This document shows positions 17,916 to 28,202 of a stretch of DNA of 64,000 nt, in pieces. The stretch lies in contig OZ244561.1 in assembly GCA_965217585.1 (NCBI GenBank), forward strand, positions 3,296,001 to 3,360,000. The letters run 5' to 3'. Within the stretch, counting starts at the first letter, position 1. The number at the start of each line of letters is the position of its first letter. The position numbers and the translations under genes were made by a program. Source of the DNA: Candidatus Latescibacterota bacterium (lineage in GTDB: Bacteria > Latescibacterota > UBA2968 > UBA8231). Under the pieces are notes generated by a model. The model was not told where the DNA came from. It did no database searches and saw only the letters and a program-made list of their open reading frames with translations.

Positions 17916-18602
17916 CTAATGCGTCAAACGCAGCATTTTCGAGTCACCAGACCGAAATTCAAAATGCAGTGGAACAAGCTCAATGTGTGTTGACGCTCGC
18001 AGTGTCTGAATGGTGTCTTCCAAATGCGCGGAAGGTTTACCATCCATATCGAGCAATGGAAATACGCGAACCTCTCGACCTACGCGAAGCATTTCCCGCA
18101 GGAAGGAGAGGTGCATTTCTGAGTCGAATTCGGCAGAGTAGAGAAATAGTAGATGAGAACAAAGTACAAGATCGAAGGATTCCGATAGGAAAGGCAATTC
18201 CGGTAGGCAGGCAGATACGTAGCGACCACTCCGAGTCGCTGCCTGAAAATCGGCAATGAAGGCCGTGAGGACGTCACGTCGGCGTTGGACGACATCTTCC
18301 GGGCTGCCGTAGTAATCCCACTTGAATCTGTCCCGCGCCTTCCGCATTCCCGCGAGCATCTGTGGCGCTGTGGAATCGAAGTCGGCTAGAAAATCTCTGG
18401 CGGAAATCCTATATATGGGGTCCACGGCGACAACGTATCGTCCATTTCTACCCCATTCCGCAGCGAACGACGACGGTCCACCCCCGCAGTCCAATATGCG
18501 CGCAGATGGCGGAACGTCAGATAACGCGAAGAACGCCTCGTATTCGGCGGCGCTACGGCCCCATGGAGGGACGGCTCCGCCAAAATCAAAATCGTTTGAC
18601 AT
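17916..18602 (-). CDS. Class I SAM-dependent methyltransferase
   Basis: PWGRSAAEY, ILDCGGGPSSF, LPF..FDLVLCSHLLFLYS, EVRVFPL. Confidence 0.88.
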   Translation of the reverse strand: MSNDFDFGGAVPPWGRSAAEYEAFFALSDVPPSARILDCGGGPSSFAAEWGRNGRYVVAVDPIYRISARDFLADFDSTAPQMLAGMRKARDRFKWDYYGSPEDVVQRRRDVLTAFIADFQAATRSGRYVSACLPELPFLSESFDLVLCSHLLFLYSAEFDSEMHLSFLREMLRVGREVRVFPLLDMDGKPSAHLEDTIQTLRASTHIELVPLHFEFRSGDSKMLRLTH

Positions 18603-18614
18603 GAATTCTACTGG

Positions 18615-19754
18615 TCAGGAAGCACGTCGCGGTGGCGAGTCCCCGGCGTACCTGATTGCGGTATCCGTCATGCGCAGAATCACTATTTCTACTTCGCGTA
18701 CCGCCGACTCGACTTTGATGCCATACTCTTCTTCTAAAGCTCGCCGTGTCTGATCAAAGGTTTCAACCGGCAATACAAAGTCATATTTCCCTGCCAAGTG
18801 TGTTTCGTTGAAAAATATGCGCTCTGTCCATCCTTCAAGGTAATCGGTAAGCTGATCTATCGTGAGATTAGAGCCGGTAAACTGATTATTGAACCCGCCC
18901 GTGGACATGCCGCCGCCCAAGTCAGACATATCCGTCAATTGAGGGTTGGAACAGGTTAGCGCCCATCCTTCCTGTTGTTCCACAACACGACAAATCGCGA
19001 TGCCAAACATATCGCACAGCACGTCTACCGCTCTTTCTCTTGCCGCCTTTGCTTTCAGGGGATGGAAAGAACGCAACTCAACGTCCAACAGTTCTTCTGG
19101 CTCTTTCCCTTCAATCCGCATCCGGGAGTGGGGACGATCCAATAGCGAGCAAATCACATCGACCACTCGATCCCCGTAAAATTCTGCCTCGAATTGCTCG
19201 TCGCCAATACCCAAACTGGACCCTCTACGATCGGAAGCATTTCGATCAATCTTTAGAAAAAACAAGGTGTCTGGAGTGACCACTGGCACGGTTTTTGAAG
19301 AGGTGGTTGGTTCGGCTACTTTGGGCACGTTGTCCGTCTGGAGAAACTCCTCTAACAATTCCGCGGTAAAAAAATGTGGATGACCGTGCCAACGAAGTAG
19401 ACCTTGTGAGTCTATGAGAAAGGTATGAGGGATACTTTGTATGCCATAGGCATTGAACGTTGCACCCTCTCGATCTGTGGCGACCCCGCCCTTTATCGAC
19501 CTTTTTTTCAAGAAGCGTTCTATGATGTGGGGCTCTTCACGGGTCAACGAGACAAAAAGGGTGTCCTTACTGCCATACGTAGCGACGAGTTCATTGAGAT
19601 GGGGAATGGCAGCGATACACGGTCCACAATGAGTGCCCCAGAACTCAAGGATTACATTCTTTCCAGAAAATCCATTTTCCTCTTCTGGCTTACCGCTAAT
19701 CCATTCACTGACCTCAATCGCGGGGGCCGGTTGGTCAATCGCGGGGTAACCCAT
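18615..19754 (-). CDS. TlpA-like redoxin fused to a TIGR03435/DUF3738-like domain
   Basis: LEFWGTHCGPCIAAIPHLN thioredoxin CxxC; C-terminal NETHLAGKYDF...LEEEYGIKV. Confidence 0.75.
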   Translation of the reverse strand: MGYPAIDQPAPAIEVSEWISGKPEEENGFSGKNVILEFWGTHCGPCIAAIPHLNELVATYGSKDTLFVSLTREEPHIIERFLKKRSIKGGVATDREGATFNAYGIQSIPHTFLIDSQGLLRWHGHPHFFTAELLEEFLQTDNVPKVAEPTTSSKTVPVVTPDTLFFLKIDRNASDRRGSSLGIGDEQFEAEFYGDRVVDVICSLLDRPHSRMRIEGKEPEELLDVELRSFHPLKAKAARERAVDVLCDMFGIAICRVVEQQEGWALTCSNPQLTDMSDLGGGMSTGGFNNQFTGSNLTIDQLTDYLEGWTERIFFNETHLAGKYDFVLPVETFDQTRRALEEEYGIKVESAVREVEIVILRMTDTAIRYAGDSPPRRAS

Positions 19755-19825
19755 TCTAAATCCTTTTCTTTTTTGCTACTTTCAGTTAACTGCTTATATC
19801 CGAATGTAACGAGTAGATAAATCTG

Positions 19826-20830
19826 TCAAGGACGCGGCGTGTCCCGAACCTCGACCTGGGTTCCGTCGTGCACCGGCGTTGTCACCCGCAGCACGCCGGG
19901 TCGTACGACCTCCGCCGCCAGTTCCCGTCCGTCCATCACCACGCGGGAATCGCGGCACCAAGCCGCTGGCACGCTGGCCTCTAGCGTCAGGCTGTGGTAC
20001 GGCACCTGCTCGGGCAGCCCCGGTAGGCCGATGCGAAAGCGCTGCGCTTCGTCATTGCCGCCCACGGCCTCAATCTGGGCGTGACGCCGCATCAGATGGT
20101 AGCTGAGTGCTTCCTCGGGCACCGCGCACCAGACGGCATCGCCCCCCTCGGACAGCACCGTCTCAAAGCGCTGCCGTAGCTGGGCTTCGGAGCAGTCTTT
20201 GTTGGGATGCACGGCTGTTTCCAGCGGGCAGTGGCAGTAGTCGATGAGCCAGCCCTGCACGGCTTGGGCTTGGCGGATGTTGCGGTACGGGTCGTAGGCG
20301 CTGTAGAACGGCTCGTAGTAGTGGTCGTGCAGCGCCGTGCGGTTGATCCAGAACAGCTCGTCCTCGGGCAGGTTGAGCGCGTCCGTCAGGCTCATGGCAC
20401 CCAAGTAGCCGTAGCGGCGGCAAGCTTCAAGGACGTGGTCGGCCATGTTCGTGTTGTTGCCGGGCGAGCAGTAGAGGATTATCGGCTCGCCGAGGGCTTC
20501 TTCTAACACTTGCTTGGCGTGGCCAATCTCCTTGTCCACCATTTCCAGAGTGATCACCTCGTGGGTCCACGAGTGGTTGCCCACGCCCCAGCCGCGAGCG
20601 AGTAGATCGCGCAACTCGGCCGCGTTCATGTGGCGGTAGCCGTTGTAGCTAGAGTTGCCGGCGTTGCGGATCTCGCCCATCTGGCCGACGAGCAGTTCCA
20701 CATGGCCGGGGATGCCGTACTCCTCGTGCATGGGGATGGCGAAACGGTGCAGATCGGCTAGGGCCTCGTCGTAGGTGATCGAGTAAACCCAGCGTTTGCC
20801 GTACTTCCACGGACAGATGCTCAAGCTCAT
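19826..20830 (-). CDS. Polysaccharide deacetylase (NodB-like) family protein
   Basis: SITYDE, GWGVGNHSWTH. Confidence 0.75.
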   Translation of the reverse strand: MSLSICPWKYGKRWVYSITYDEALADLHRFAIPMHEEYGIPGHVELLVGQMGEIRNAGNSSYNGYRHMNAAELRDLLARGWGVGNHSWTHEVITLEMVDKEIGHAKQVLEEALGEPIILYCSPGNNTNMADHVLEACRRYGYLGAMSLTDALNLPEDELFWINRTALHDHYYEPFYSAYDPYRNIRQAQAVQGWLIDYCHCPLETAVHPNKDCSEAQLRQRFETVLSEGGDAVWCAVPEEALSYHLMRRHAQIEAVGGNDEAQRFRIGLPGLPEQVPYHSLTLEASVPAAWCRDSRVVMDGRELAAEVVRPGVLRVTTPVHDGTQVEVRDTPRP

Positions 20831-21600
20831 GGCTGCTCACCTTTCATCTGATCGATGGCCTGTTGGAATTGCGCCAAGGTGCAGCCGAAGCCCAAGCTCC
20901 ACTCGAAGATGTGGAGGGCGTAATTGGTCGATAACCGCTGCGGGAACGACGCTGGCGTCTCCACTCCAACGGTCGCATCGCGCATCACTACACAGCGATA
21001 ACCGCGAGCCAGCATGGGCCGCGCTCCCCCCTCGGCACCGAGCAGGCACATGTCGGCTGCGAACCCCATATAAATGAGCGTATCCACGCCTCGGCTGCGC
21101 AGGTACTCGTCCAGTACGTCGGAGTAGAAAAAGAGAGGCTCGTCTCCAACTGGGGAGACGACTTCGGCGCGTTGCATCTGCGCTATCGGCGAGTGCTCCA
21201 TGTAATCGACCCCGTGGGCCCGTTCGAGCATCTCGTGCTGGTGTGGATGCATCGCCGATTCCCCCGAGCGCCGCGACTCGATGTGGGGATACTGGTGGTC
21301 CATCCAGTCCGTCTCGACGTGGCAGACCGGCATCCCAATCGCTCGGGCCGCGTCCATGGCCGGGCGGATGACCTCGACCATGATGCGCCCGGCCTCCTGG
21401 GTTGACTGGGGCCAACCCATGCCGACGCAGTAGTTGACGTCCACGGGCGGGCCGTCGGGGCAGCCGATGTTCCAGCAGTGCATGCCCACTAGGGCTGTCT
21501 TGTCCACCGGCAGCGACAGGGTGACTTGCTCATATCCCGGGCGGTCAATCGGCAATGCCCGGTAGTAACGGGCGGCGAGTTGTAGCGTGGCTTCTGTCAT
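20827..21600 (-). CDS. Isochorismatase/cysteine hydrolase family protein
   Basis: KTALVGMHCWN, LRSRGVDTLIYMGFAADMC, RGYRCVVMRDAT. Confidence 0.78.
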   Translation of the reverse strand: MTEATLQLAARYYRALPIDRPGYEQVTLSLPVDKTALVGMHCWNIGCPDGPPVDVNYCVGMGWPQSTQEAGRIMVEVIRPAMDAARAIGMPVCHVETDWMDHQYPHIESRRSGESAMHPHQHEMLERAHGVDYMEHSPIAQMQRAEVVSPVGDEPLFFYSDVLDEYLRSRGVDTLIYMGFAADMCLLGAEGGARPMLARGYRCVVMRDATVGVETPASFPQRLSTNYALHIFEWSLGFGCTLAQFQQAIDQMKGEQP

Positions 21601-22865
21601 CGCCGGTACTCGTCGGCGACGCGGCGCACGATCGCGGCCACCTGCTCGCAGTGGTGAGGCTCGTACTTATCGCAGAAGGTGCTCCAGCGGATGAAGCGCT
21701 CCAGCAGCTCGTGCGCGTTTGGACAGCACGTTGCGTCGTAGCGGTAGGTGCGCGTCGCCGGTGGCTGCGAATATGGGAAGCGCTGTCGCTCGGCCGCCTC
21801 GGTGAGGTAGGGCAGGGCCGCTGGTAGCAGATAGTAGCGCGCTTGGCTCGCTCCTGGAATGCCAGCGGCTGCTACCTGCGCGCCGAACTCCTCTGCGTCA
21901 CACCGGAACTGCTCGGGATCGATGGTGAATCCCGCCATCCAGCAGGAGTACACCTCAGTCTCCGGTGGGATCGGCAACGCCGACACGCCTGGGATTTCAT
22001 CGAGGAGTGCGCTCAGCAGACGGATCATGCGATCGCGCTTCTCCACCTGCGGCTGGATGATCTCTAGCTGAGCCAAGCAGATCGCCGCGGTGGACTGGGT
22101 CATGCGATGGGCGAAGCCGTTGACCGTGTGCACGCGTCCGAAGTGCTCAACCATCTCCCCGCCACGACTTTGGCCGACGAAGCGCGCCCGCTCGGCCAAT
22201 TCGTCGTCGTTGGTGAGGATGCAGCCGCCCACGTCGGAGCCCATGGTCTTCTCCGCGTCGAAGGAAAAGGCTCCTGCCGTCGATAGGGTGCCGGCGTAGC
22301 GGCCCTTGTAGCGGCCAAAGACCGCTTGGCAGGCGTCCTCATAGACGACTAGACTGTGGCGCGCGGCGACCTCGTTGATGGCGTCCATGTCGCAAATTAG
22401 GCCGGTCAGATGCACGACGAGGATCGCCTGCGTGCGTTCGGATATGCATGCTTCGATGGTCTCGGCACTGACGTTGATTGTGCCGGGTGCGGCATCGGCA
22501 AACACGGGGATGTAGCCGGCGCTGATCAGGCCCTGCACGGTGCCGTAGTCGCTGACCGAGCTAACTACGATCTCGTCGCCGGGCTCGAAGTTGAAGGCTG
22601 CGGCTAGCACGGCCAAGGCGGGTGTGCAGCCCGGCGTGGCGATGCAGTGTGCGACGCCGTGGGCCTCGGCGAAGGCGGCCTCGAACCGGCCCACCATGTC
22701 GCAGGATAGTCCGGAATCGACGACCTCGGCTAGGTACTTCATGGCTCGCGGGCCGATCTCGCGGGGAAAGGGCTGTGGCAGCGGTCCCTCGAACTCCTGC
22801 TGGGTTGCGGCCCCGTAGCGCGCGTGTTCGCGCCGTCGATGGACGGTAGCGGTATTGGATGTCAT
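21597..22865 (-). CDS. DegT/DnrJ/EryC1/StrS PLP-dependent aminotransferase
   Basis: FEAAFA, PGDEIVV, VHLTG..CDM, EDACQA, FSFDAEKTM (PLP Lys). Confidence 0.92.
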   Translation of the reverse strand: MTSNTATVHRRREHARYGAATQQEFEGPLPQPFPREIGPRAMKYLAEVVDSGLSCDMVGRFEAAFAEAHGVAHCIATPGCTPALAVLAAAFNFEPGDEIVVSSVSDYGTVQGLISAGYIPVFADAAPGTINVSAETIEACISERTQAILVVHLTGLICDMDAINEVAARHSLVVYEDACQAVFGRYKGRYAGTLSTAGAFSFDAEKTMGSDVGGCILTNDDELAERARFVGQSRGGEMVEHFGRVHTVNGFAHRMTQSTAAICLAQLEIIQPQVEKRDRMIRLLSALLDEIPGVSALPIPPETEVYSCWMAGFTIDPEQFRCDAEEFGAQVAAAGIPGASQARYYLLPAALPYLTEAAERQRFPYSQPPATRTYRYDATCCPNAHELLERFIRWSTFCDKYEPHHCEQVAAIVRRVADEYRR

Positions 22866-22942
22866 GGGCGGCTCCGGTTTGCGGAAAATAGGTTTGATGC
22901 AATATAGCAGGTATTAAGCTATAGAACTACAGTGACGGCTCG

Positions 22943-23842
22943 TCAAATTAAGTTCTCCGCAACAACCCCTTGCAGAGAATCACGAGAATTAAAGAAACCA
23001 CTGCCATACTTTGTTCCGTCATAGTTGCGGATGCGTATCCCAGCCTGCGATCCCAAAGGCCCAATATGGATCACATACGAATCTATGATTAGCTCTTGTC
23101 CCCATTTTTCCGAGATAGAAGAAGACCACTCATCAATCGCGGGTTTTTGTGCGGGGAGTTGGTCGCGGTAGGCTGTAACTAGACTCTCGAAGGAAAGTTG
23201 ATATTGCCAGCCCTTCGTAATTTCGACGGACCGATCCGGCAAAAATTCCTCGCAAGCTAAGGATACTAATGGGCGTCCATCTACTTCCAATTGCAGGAGA
23301 TAGATTAAGGCTTCGCCTGTGGTATGAAGTAATTGTGGAATCCGTCGTATCAGAATTTCCGCTAAACGATTCCCATCCGCTCCAGCCGCTGAATGAAGGA
23401 CGCCTGGGACCTTGGGAGGAGTGGGGACGAAAGGGGGGTTAGCAAAGAGCCAATCGAACGGCTCCTGGGGATGAAACTGCTCTATATCAGCTATATGGAC
23501 TGCATAGCGATGAGCAGGAATCCCGTTCTCCACCGCATTGTGATGAATAAAATCGCTGACTCTGGGATTGAGATCGACAAAATGAGCCGATTCTGCACCG
23601 AGGTGAAGAGCTAAAAGACCTAATGGACCACTACCTGCAAAGGGCTCAATAATTCTTTTCCCTTGCAAGAGATCGCGATGCCGCGCCATGTAAGCCATTA
23701 GGATGCCGCTGGCTTGTCCCAAAGGGATAATTCGTTGGTGATCCGATTTAGACAAGGATTCCGTGCGAAATACCATATCATCAAACTGGTATTGCCAATA
23801 ATCATCAGTATCAGGAAGCGATTTGAGACGAATCTTTGTCAT
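22943..23842 (-). CDS. SAM-dependent N-methyltransferase (HemK/PrmC-like)
   Basis: IIEPFAGSGPLG and ANPPFVP motifs; lower GC than neighbours. Confidence 0.8.
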   Translation of the reverse strand: MTKIRLKSLPDTDDYWQYQFDDMVFRTESLSKSDHQRIIPLGQASGILMAYMARHRDLLQGKRIIEPFAGSGPLGLLALHLGAESAHFVDLNPRVSDFIHHNAVENGIPAHRYAVHIADIEQFHPQEPFDWLFANPPFVPTPPKVPGVLHSAAGADGNRLAEILIRRIPQLLHTTGEALIYLLQLEVDGRPLVSLACEEFLPDRSVEITKGWQYQLSFESLVTAYRDQLPAQKPAIDEWSSSISEKWGQELIIDSYVIHIGPLGSQAGIRIRNYDGTKYGSGFFNSRDSLQGVVAENLI

Positions 23843-23945
23843 TTAACTATTACCGAAGTATTCGTTGATATCGGGCTCTTCACCCGACCCGCGCAGCGGT
23901 TGGGTGAAGAGCCGAACGCCCGAAGCCGCGCACGGCGTGTCAAGC
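23841..23945 (-). repeat. Degenerate attC-like element (copy C)
   Basis: Minus strand GCTTGAC...GTTAAAT ending at the next ATG; perfect 12-bp stem GGCTCTTCACCC/GGGTGAAGAGCC. Confidence 0.5.
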
Positions 23946-24750
23946 GATGACGCGCGCTGGATCGGGATAGGCGTGATAGGGCGGTACGCGAAGGGGCTTT
24001 CTCCCCTCAATCCAGTTTTGCATAGTTGGATAGATAATCTCTAGCATCCTTACTGTATATTCTCTCCAAAGACTCCAACGCAAAGAAAAGCTCTGCTCTT
24101 TCTTGCCATCCCGGCAAGAGATTGCCATCCGACCGATAGCCCTCCAGAAAGCTCTCTTGGAAATTGTTGAATGCCTTCACCCGATCCTCAGAGGCACCAG
24201 CGATCCAACGATTTTTCATAATTCCAAAATCTGCCTCTGGGGGCAAAGCTAATGCGCGGTCGAAGTCTACCAGGCCCCCAAAGTGCCACCCATCTTTCTC
24301 TTGAGAGATCAGGATATTCTTGGGATCAATATCTGCCTGAACAAGACAAGAGGATGTTTCCGAAGACAGCAATGTCTTGGCTCTTTTTTGAAAAAAACGC
24401 TCCAAATTTTCGCAATCATCCTCCAACAGAATACCATGTTTTCTATACAAATCAAGGACGAAAGTCACCCTGTGTACAAATGCCTCATCAGAGGTTTCTG
24501 CAATACTCCAAAGAATAGGTTTAAAATGTGGCATCGGTAAAGACCAATCTGGGATTGGCAGATCTCCATGGAAACGAAAGGTTATGCTATGGAGTGTTGC
24601 AACAGCTTCGCCCACTTCGTATCCGATTTGCCGAAGACGATCTTCTGAAAGTTCCGAAAGAATCATTACCAGCGGCTCACCCCTCACACATTCAGTAACG
24701 AAATATGGACGCCCGAGATTCTTGCCGTCAGGATGGGAAACGTAGACTAA

Positions 24751-25607
24751 GAAGCTGTTGAGTTAAAAGCTATTTTGTATGTTATTTGTCTCAATGGCTC
24801 TTTTCGATAGGAGGCTTGTGTTATGCCTGGGTATCCCAGTGACGTGACCGATGCAGAATGGGTTTTGCTGGCTCCTTTCTTTGCTCGCCCTGACCCTCGG
24901 GGCAACCCCGGCAAGTATGCCAAACGCGAGGTGGTCAATGCCATTTTATATGTCGTCAAAGGGGGTATTCCGTGGCGGATGCTGCCGCTTGATTTTCCCC
25001 CCTGGGATACCGTCTATGACCATTACCGACGCTGGAATCAGCGTGGCGTGTGGGAACAAGCCCTGGACGCGCTGAATGAGCGCGCCCGTCACAAGCAGGG
25101 CAAAAACGAGCATCCGACCTATGCCTTGATCGATTCGCAATCGGTTAAAACCCAATATGCCAGTCAGGATCGAGGCGTGGATGGGGGAAAAAAAGATCAA
25201 AGGACGTAAACGCCACCTCGCCACCGATACGCTGGGTAATATGCTGACCGTCCAAGTACATGCCGCCAATGTGGCCGATACTAGCCAAGGATGGGACGTA
25301 TGTGATCGGGTCGCGGAAAAGTATGATTCGGTCGAAGCCTTCTGCGGCGACCAAGGCTATCGCGGTACCACCGTTGAATTCGTTGAAAACCTGTTGGGGT
25401 TGCGACTCGATATAGCGGATAAACCAACCCAAGGGTTTCAAGTGGTGCCCAAACGCTGGATCATCGAACGAACCTTGGCTTGGTTGGGTGGATTTCGACG
25501 CTTGGCCAAAGACTTCGAAATCCTCACCCAATCCGCAGAGAACATGATTCGTATTGCCATGATAAAGATTACGGTCGCTAAATGCATCTGAATAACTCAA
25601 CAGCTTC
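24751..25607 (+). mobile_element. IS5 family (IS1031-like) element, copy 1
   Basis: 15-bp TIR GAAGCTGTTGAGTTA/TAACTCAACAGCTTC; TAA target duplication at 24748-24750 and 25608-25610. Confidence 0.93.
24823..25591 (+). CDS. IS5 transposase, orfA (24823-25209) and orfB joined by -1 frameshift
   Basis: YPSDVTDAEW, WRMLPLDFPPW, IDSQSVK, then GGGGGAAAAAAAG slippery run, KIKGRKRH, RWIIERT. Confidence 0.88.
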
Positions 25608-25927
25608 TAAGGGGACAGGCACCTGAGCATTTGATGCCAGGGTAAGAGCAAAGGTTTCTCGGGCACAGAGATAACCATCATGTTTAGACTCTGCGCCTTT
25701 GTTTACAATTTTAAGAGACAATTCTTGTTCTGAGTCTTCCAGAAGAAGCCTATATAATTCATTGGGGCCGCCTAGCGGAAATTGCTTTAGCTGAGATACT
25801 CGAACGTCTGGCAGATCCTGCATCAATAGTTCTTGTACTTCAGATGATGATAATCTGAGTCGTTCACGAGATAATCCTGAATAAGCCCGAGAAATGGCTT
25901 TCAATTGATCTTCTGAGAGAAATTCTA

Positions 25928-26899
25928 TCATGCCAGAGTGCCAATGCGATTCAGCCAATTCCAACCCGCAATTTTCCGCAGCAACTCCATCCTCTCCGGG
26001 ATGTGATAGTTCAACAGCAGTCGTCGCAGCACAGCTACTGTTAGAAACCACCGGAGGACGCCGTCTTCCCCAATGGGTTCGGGCTTGTCTGTCGTTGCTA
26101 TATACGTCTCGACAAATTGCTTGGCGAGGTCCAGCGATACTTCGGGGAAAAGACATTCCCGACCTCCGAACTGGAGTGACGCGAATGCCACATCGTAGAG
26201 CGAGTAGTCAATGACAGCCATGTCGAAGTCCCACACTGTGGCGATCTTCGACTCCCATATCCGCAGGTTAGCAGGGCGGTAGTCCTGGTGCGTGATCGAC
26301 CGCATTTCCCACTCATCGCATAGTGCCTTCACAGCGGTGGCGTTGGATTGTACGAAGCGGAGCTGAGATTTAAGGAATGCTGTGTCATCCTCACTTAGCT
26401 CGTTCCACCGGAAGGCTCCAGCAATTTTCTCCGACGATTCAGCCCATCGGGTCGAGGGTATGTAGTACCAACCCAAGTCCTCTCTTTCTGATTCGGCTTG
26501 GAGTTTATCCCCGTATCTGCGACCTGCCGAGTGTAGCGCCGCTAGAGTCTGGGCTGCCTCAGTAATCAGATCACGGGAATCCCACGGAGGATGCTCGTCG
26601 GATGGCATGTAGGGGTTCAACACCCACCAGTCTTTCCCTCCCCAATAGCAGTAGCTTCCATCTAGTGTCTGCACCGGCAGTGAAACTTGTCTAAAACCGT
26701 TGTTCTTGAGGACTTCCATTAGCTGGAACTGATAGCTCTTTACCATTCTGTCTGCTTGGAACCGAGAGCAGGACAGGACGAATTGCCCCTGAGACGATTC
26801 TATGAAGAAATGGTTGCTGAAATGCGCCCGCGATTCAACCAACCGCAGATTAGTGAGACCGTAGGCGGCGGTGGCTATGTCGTTCCAGCGATTGTCCAT
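25928..26899 (-). CDS. APH/type II homoserine-kinase-like phosphotransferase
   Basis: LAALH, HQDYRPANL, VWDFD, YDVA. Confidence 0.85.
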   Translation of the reverse strand: MDNRWNDIATAAYGLTNLRLVESRAHFSNHFFIESSQGQFVLSCSRFQADRMVKSYQFQLMEVLKNNGFRQVSLPVQTLDGSYCYWGGKDWWVLNPYMPSDEHPPWDSRDLITEAAQTLAALHSAGRRYGDKLQAESEREDLGWYYIPSTRWAESSEKIAGAFRWNELSEDDTAFLKSQLRFVQSNATAVKALCDEWEMRSITHQDYRPANLRIWESKIATVWDFDMAVIDYSLYDVAFASLQFGGRECLFPEVSLDLAKQFVETYIATTDKPEPIGEDGVLRWFLTVAVLRRLLLNYHIPERMELLRKIAGWNWLNRIGTLA

Positions 26900-26917
26900 G
26901 GCGGACTCGGAGAGCGC

Positions 26918-27181
26918 TTAGCGTTTTGCGAAGCAGAAGTTGGCCCGGTTATCTTCGGGGATGTCGGTCAGAAAATACTGGATCTTAAAGTTGAGCGGGC
27001 GGCTGTCCTGCGCAACGCGGAACTCGCGCAACGAGGCACCCCCGTCGGTATGCCAGTCGAAAGGCATGTCCCCACTGGGATAGCGGACGTAGATCACCGT
27101 GCCCATAATCTGGAGATAGGGACCCATCAGGTCGACGATGACGCCGAAGGTGTTAGGATGGTCGACAAAAGGATGATTCAG
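26918..27181 (-). pseudogene. Internal fragment of a PhyH-family 2OG-Fe(II) dioxygenase
   Basis: VDHPNTFGVIVDLMGP...WHTDGG...KIQYFLTD...NF; lacks both termini. Confidence 0.7.
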
Positions 27182-27182
27182 T

Positions 27183-28112
27183 CTACGGTCTGTCCAGTCG
27201 AGAGACTATAGCGCATATCTCAGTCAGGAAGTCTGGTACCCAGGTTTTGGATATAGGAATTGCGTCCAAACCAAATTCAAAGATCCATTGCAGACAGTGG
27301 ACGCTCCAGCAGAGGCCACCCATGTCAAGGTGCCAGTCTGTAACTTCCTCCTGTATTCCTTGATCTTTTAGCGCAGACCTGTAGGCACCGATTAGTGTTT
27401 CCCGAGAAATATGTCGGTCTTTCCCTTCGTTAATCAGGCAATAAAGATCTCCGAGGTGAGGGCTTATACGCGCATTTGCCCAATCGACGGGAACAATGCG
27501 TCCGCTGACATTTAGAAGATTCTTGGCGTGATAGTCATTGTGATTCAGTGTGAGGGGAAGCTCTTGGTATAACCGGTCCAAGTGTCTTGAGAATGAGTTG
27601 ACCTGTCTCCCTAGGACATGAACCATTTTCCGGTGCTCCGAATCTGCGTACTCAGTCACGTAGTCAAAGTCAAGCAGAAGTTGGTCTTTGGTCAGCAAGT
27701 GCCTTTGAAGATCAGAATCACGGATCTTGCCGATCCTGTCTGCAGAAGCCCGAATATCCGCGAGCTTGTGGGCTGCCTCTAGGAAAGTTGACTTTGACGG
27801 CTGTTGTTCGAGGTCTGAACCTCTCAGATCCTCCATAAGCAGGATATACTCAGAATCGCTCGCGTAGCTTGCGAAGACAGTCGGTGCATCTATGGCGAGA
27901 GGGATCAGACACTCTCGGTAGATCTCCAACTCCGTAGGGCCTTTAGTGGGAATTCCCCGCTTGGCGATTAGGGTACGGCCCTCATCGTCTAATGTTAGCC
28001 GAAACACTTGCGAAAGAGACCACTCCCGGAGAGGATCTACACCTACGACTTTGGCAGGTTTGAGAGAGTCGGCAATCAACTCCAACCAATCAGGAAAACG
28101 ATTCGAGGTCAT
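27183..28112 (-). CDS. APH/choline-kinase-family phosphotransferase
   Basis: LLMEDL, TLNHNDYHAKNLL, VDW, GDL. Confidence 0.85.
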   Translation of the reverse strand: MTSNRFPDWLELIADSLKPAKVVGVDPLREWSLSQVFRLTLDDEGRTLIAKRGIPTKGPTELEIYRECLIPLAIDAPTVFASYASDSEYILLMEDLRGSDLEQQPSKSTFLEAAHKLADIRASADRIGKIRDSDLQRHLLTKDQLLLDFDYVTEYADSEHRKMVHVLGRQVNSFSRHLDRLYQELPLTLNHNDYHAKNLLNVSGRIVPVDWANARISPHLGDLYCLINEGKDRHISRETLIGAYRSALKDQGIQEEVTDWHLDMGGLCWSVHCLQWIFEFGLDAIPISKTWVPDFLTEICAIVSRLDRP

Positions 28113-28152
28113 CGTCTGTAAATAGGAGTTGGATGTTCTCTCCGTTTCAGGG

Positions 28153-28202
28153 CTAGATGCGCAGTAGGTTGGGCACCGGAGCCGCAGCCCGGCGTGTTAA
28201 GC
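28153..28202 (-). repeat. Truncated attC-like element (copy D)
   Basis: GCTTAAC (RYYYAAC containing the upstream gene's TAA stop) followed by ACGCCGGGCTGCGGCTCCGG.GCCCAACC.ACTGCGC. Confidence 0.45.

Larger units (their letters stand above)
24007..25931 (-). pseudogene. APH/choline-kinase-family phosphotransferase interrupted by IS5
   Basis: MIEFLSEDQ...VPVP|L|VYVSHPDGKNLGRPYFVTECVRGEPL rejoins in frame on removing the IS plus TAA; VQADIDPKNIL and LVDFD motifs. Confidence 0.88.
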
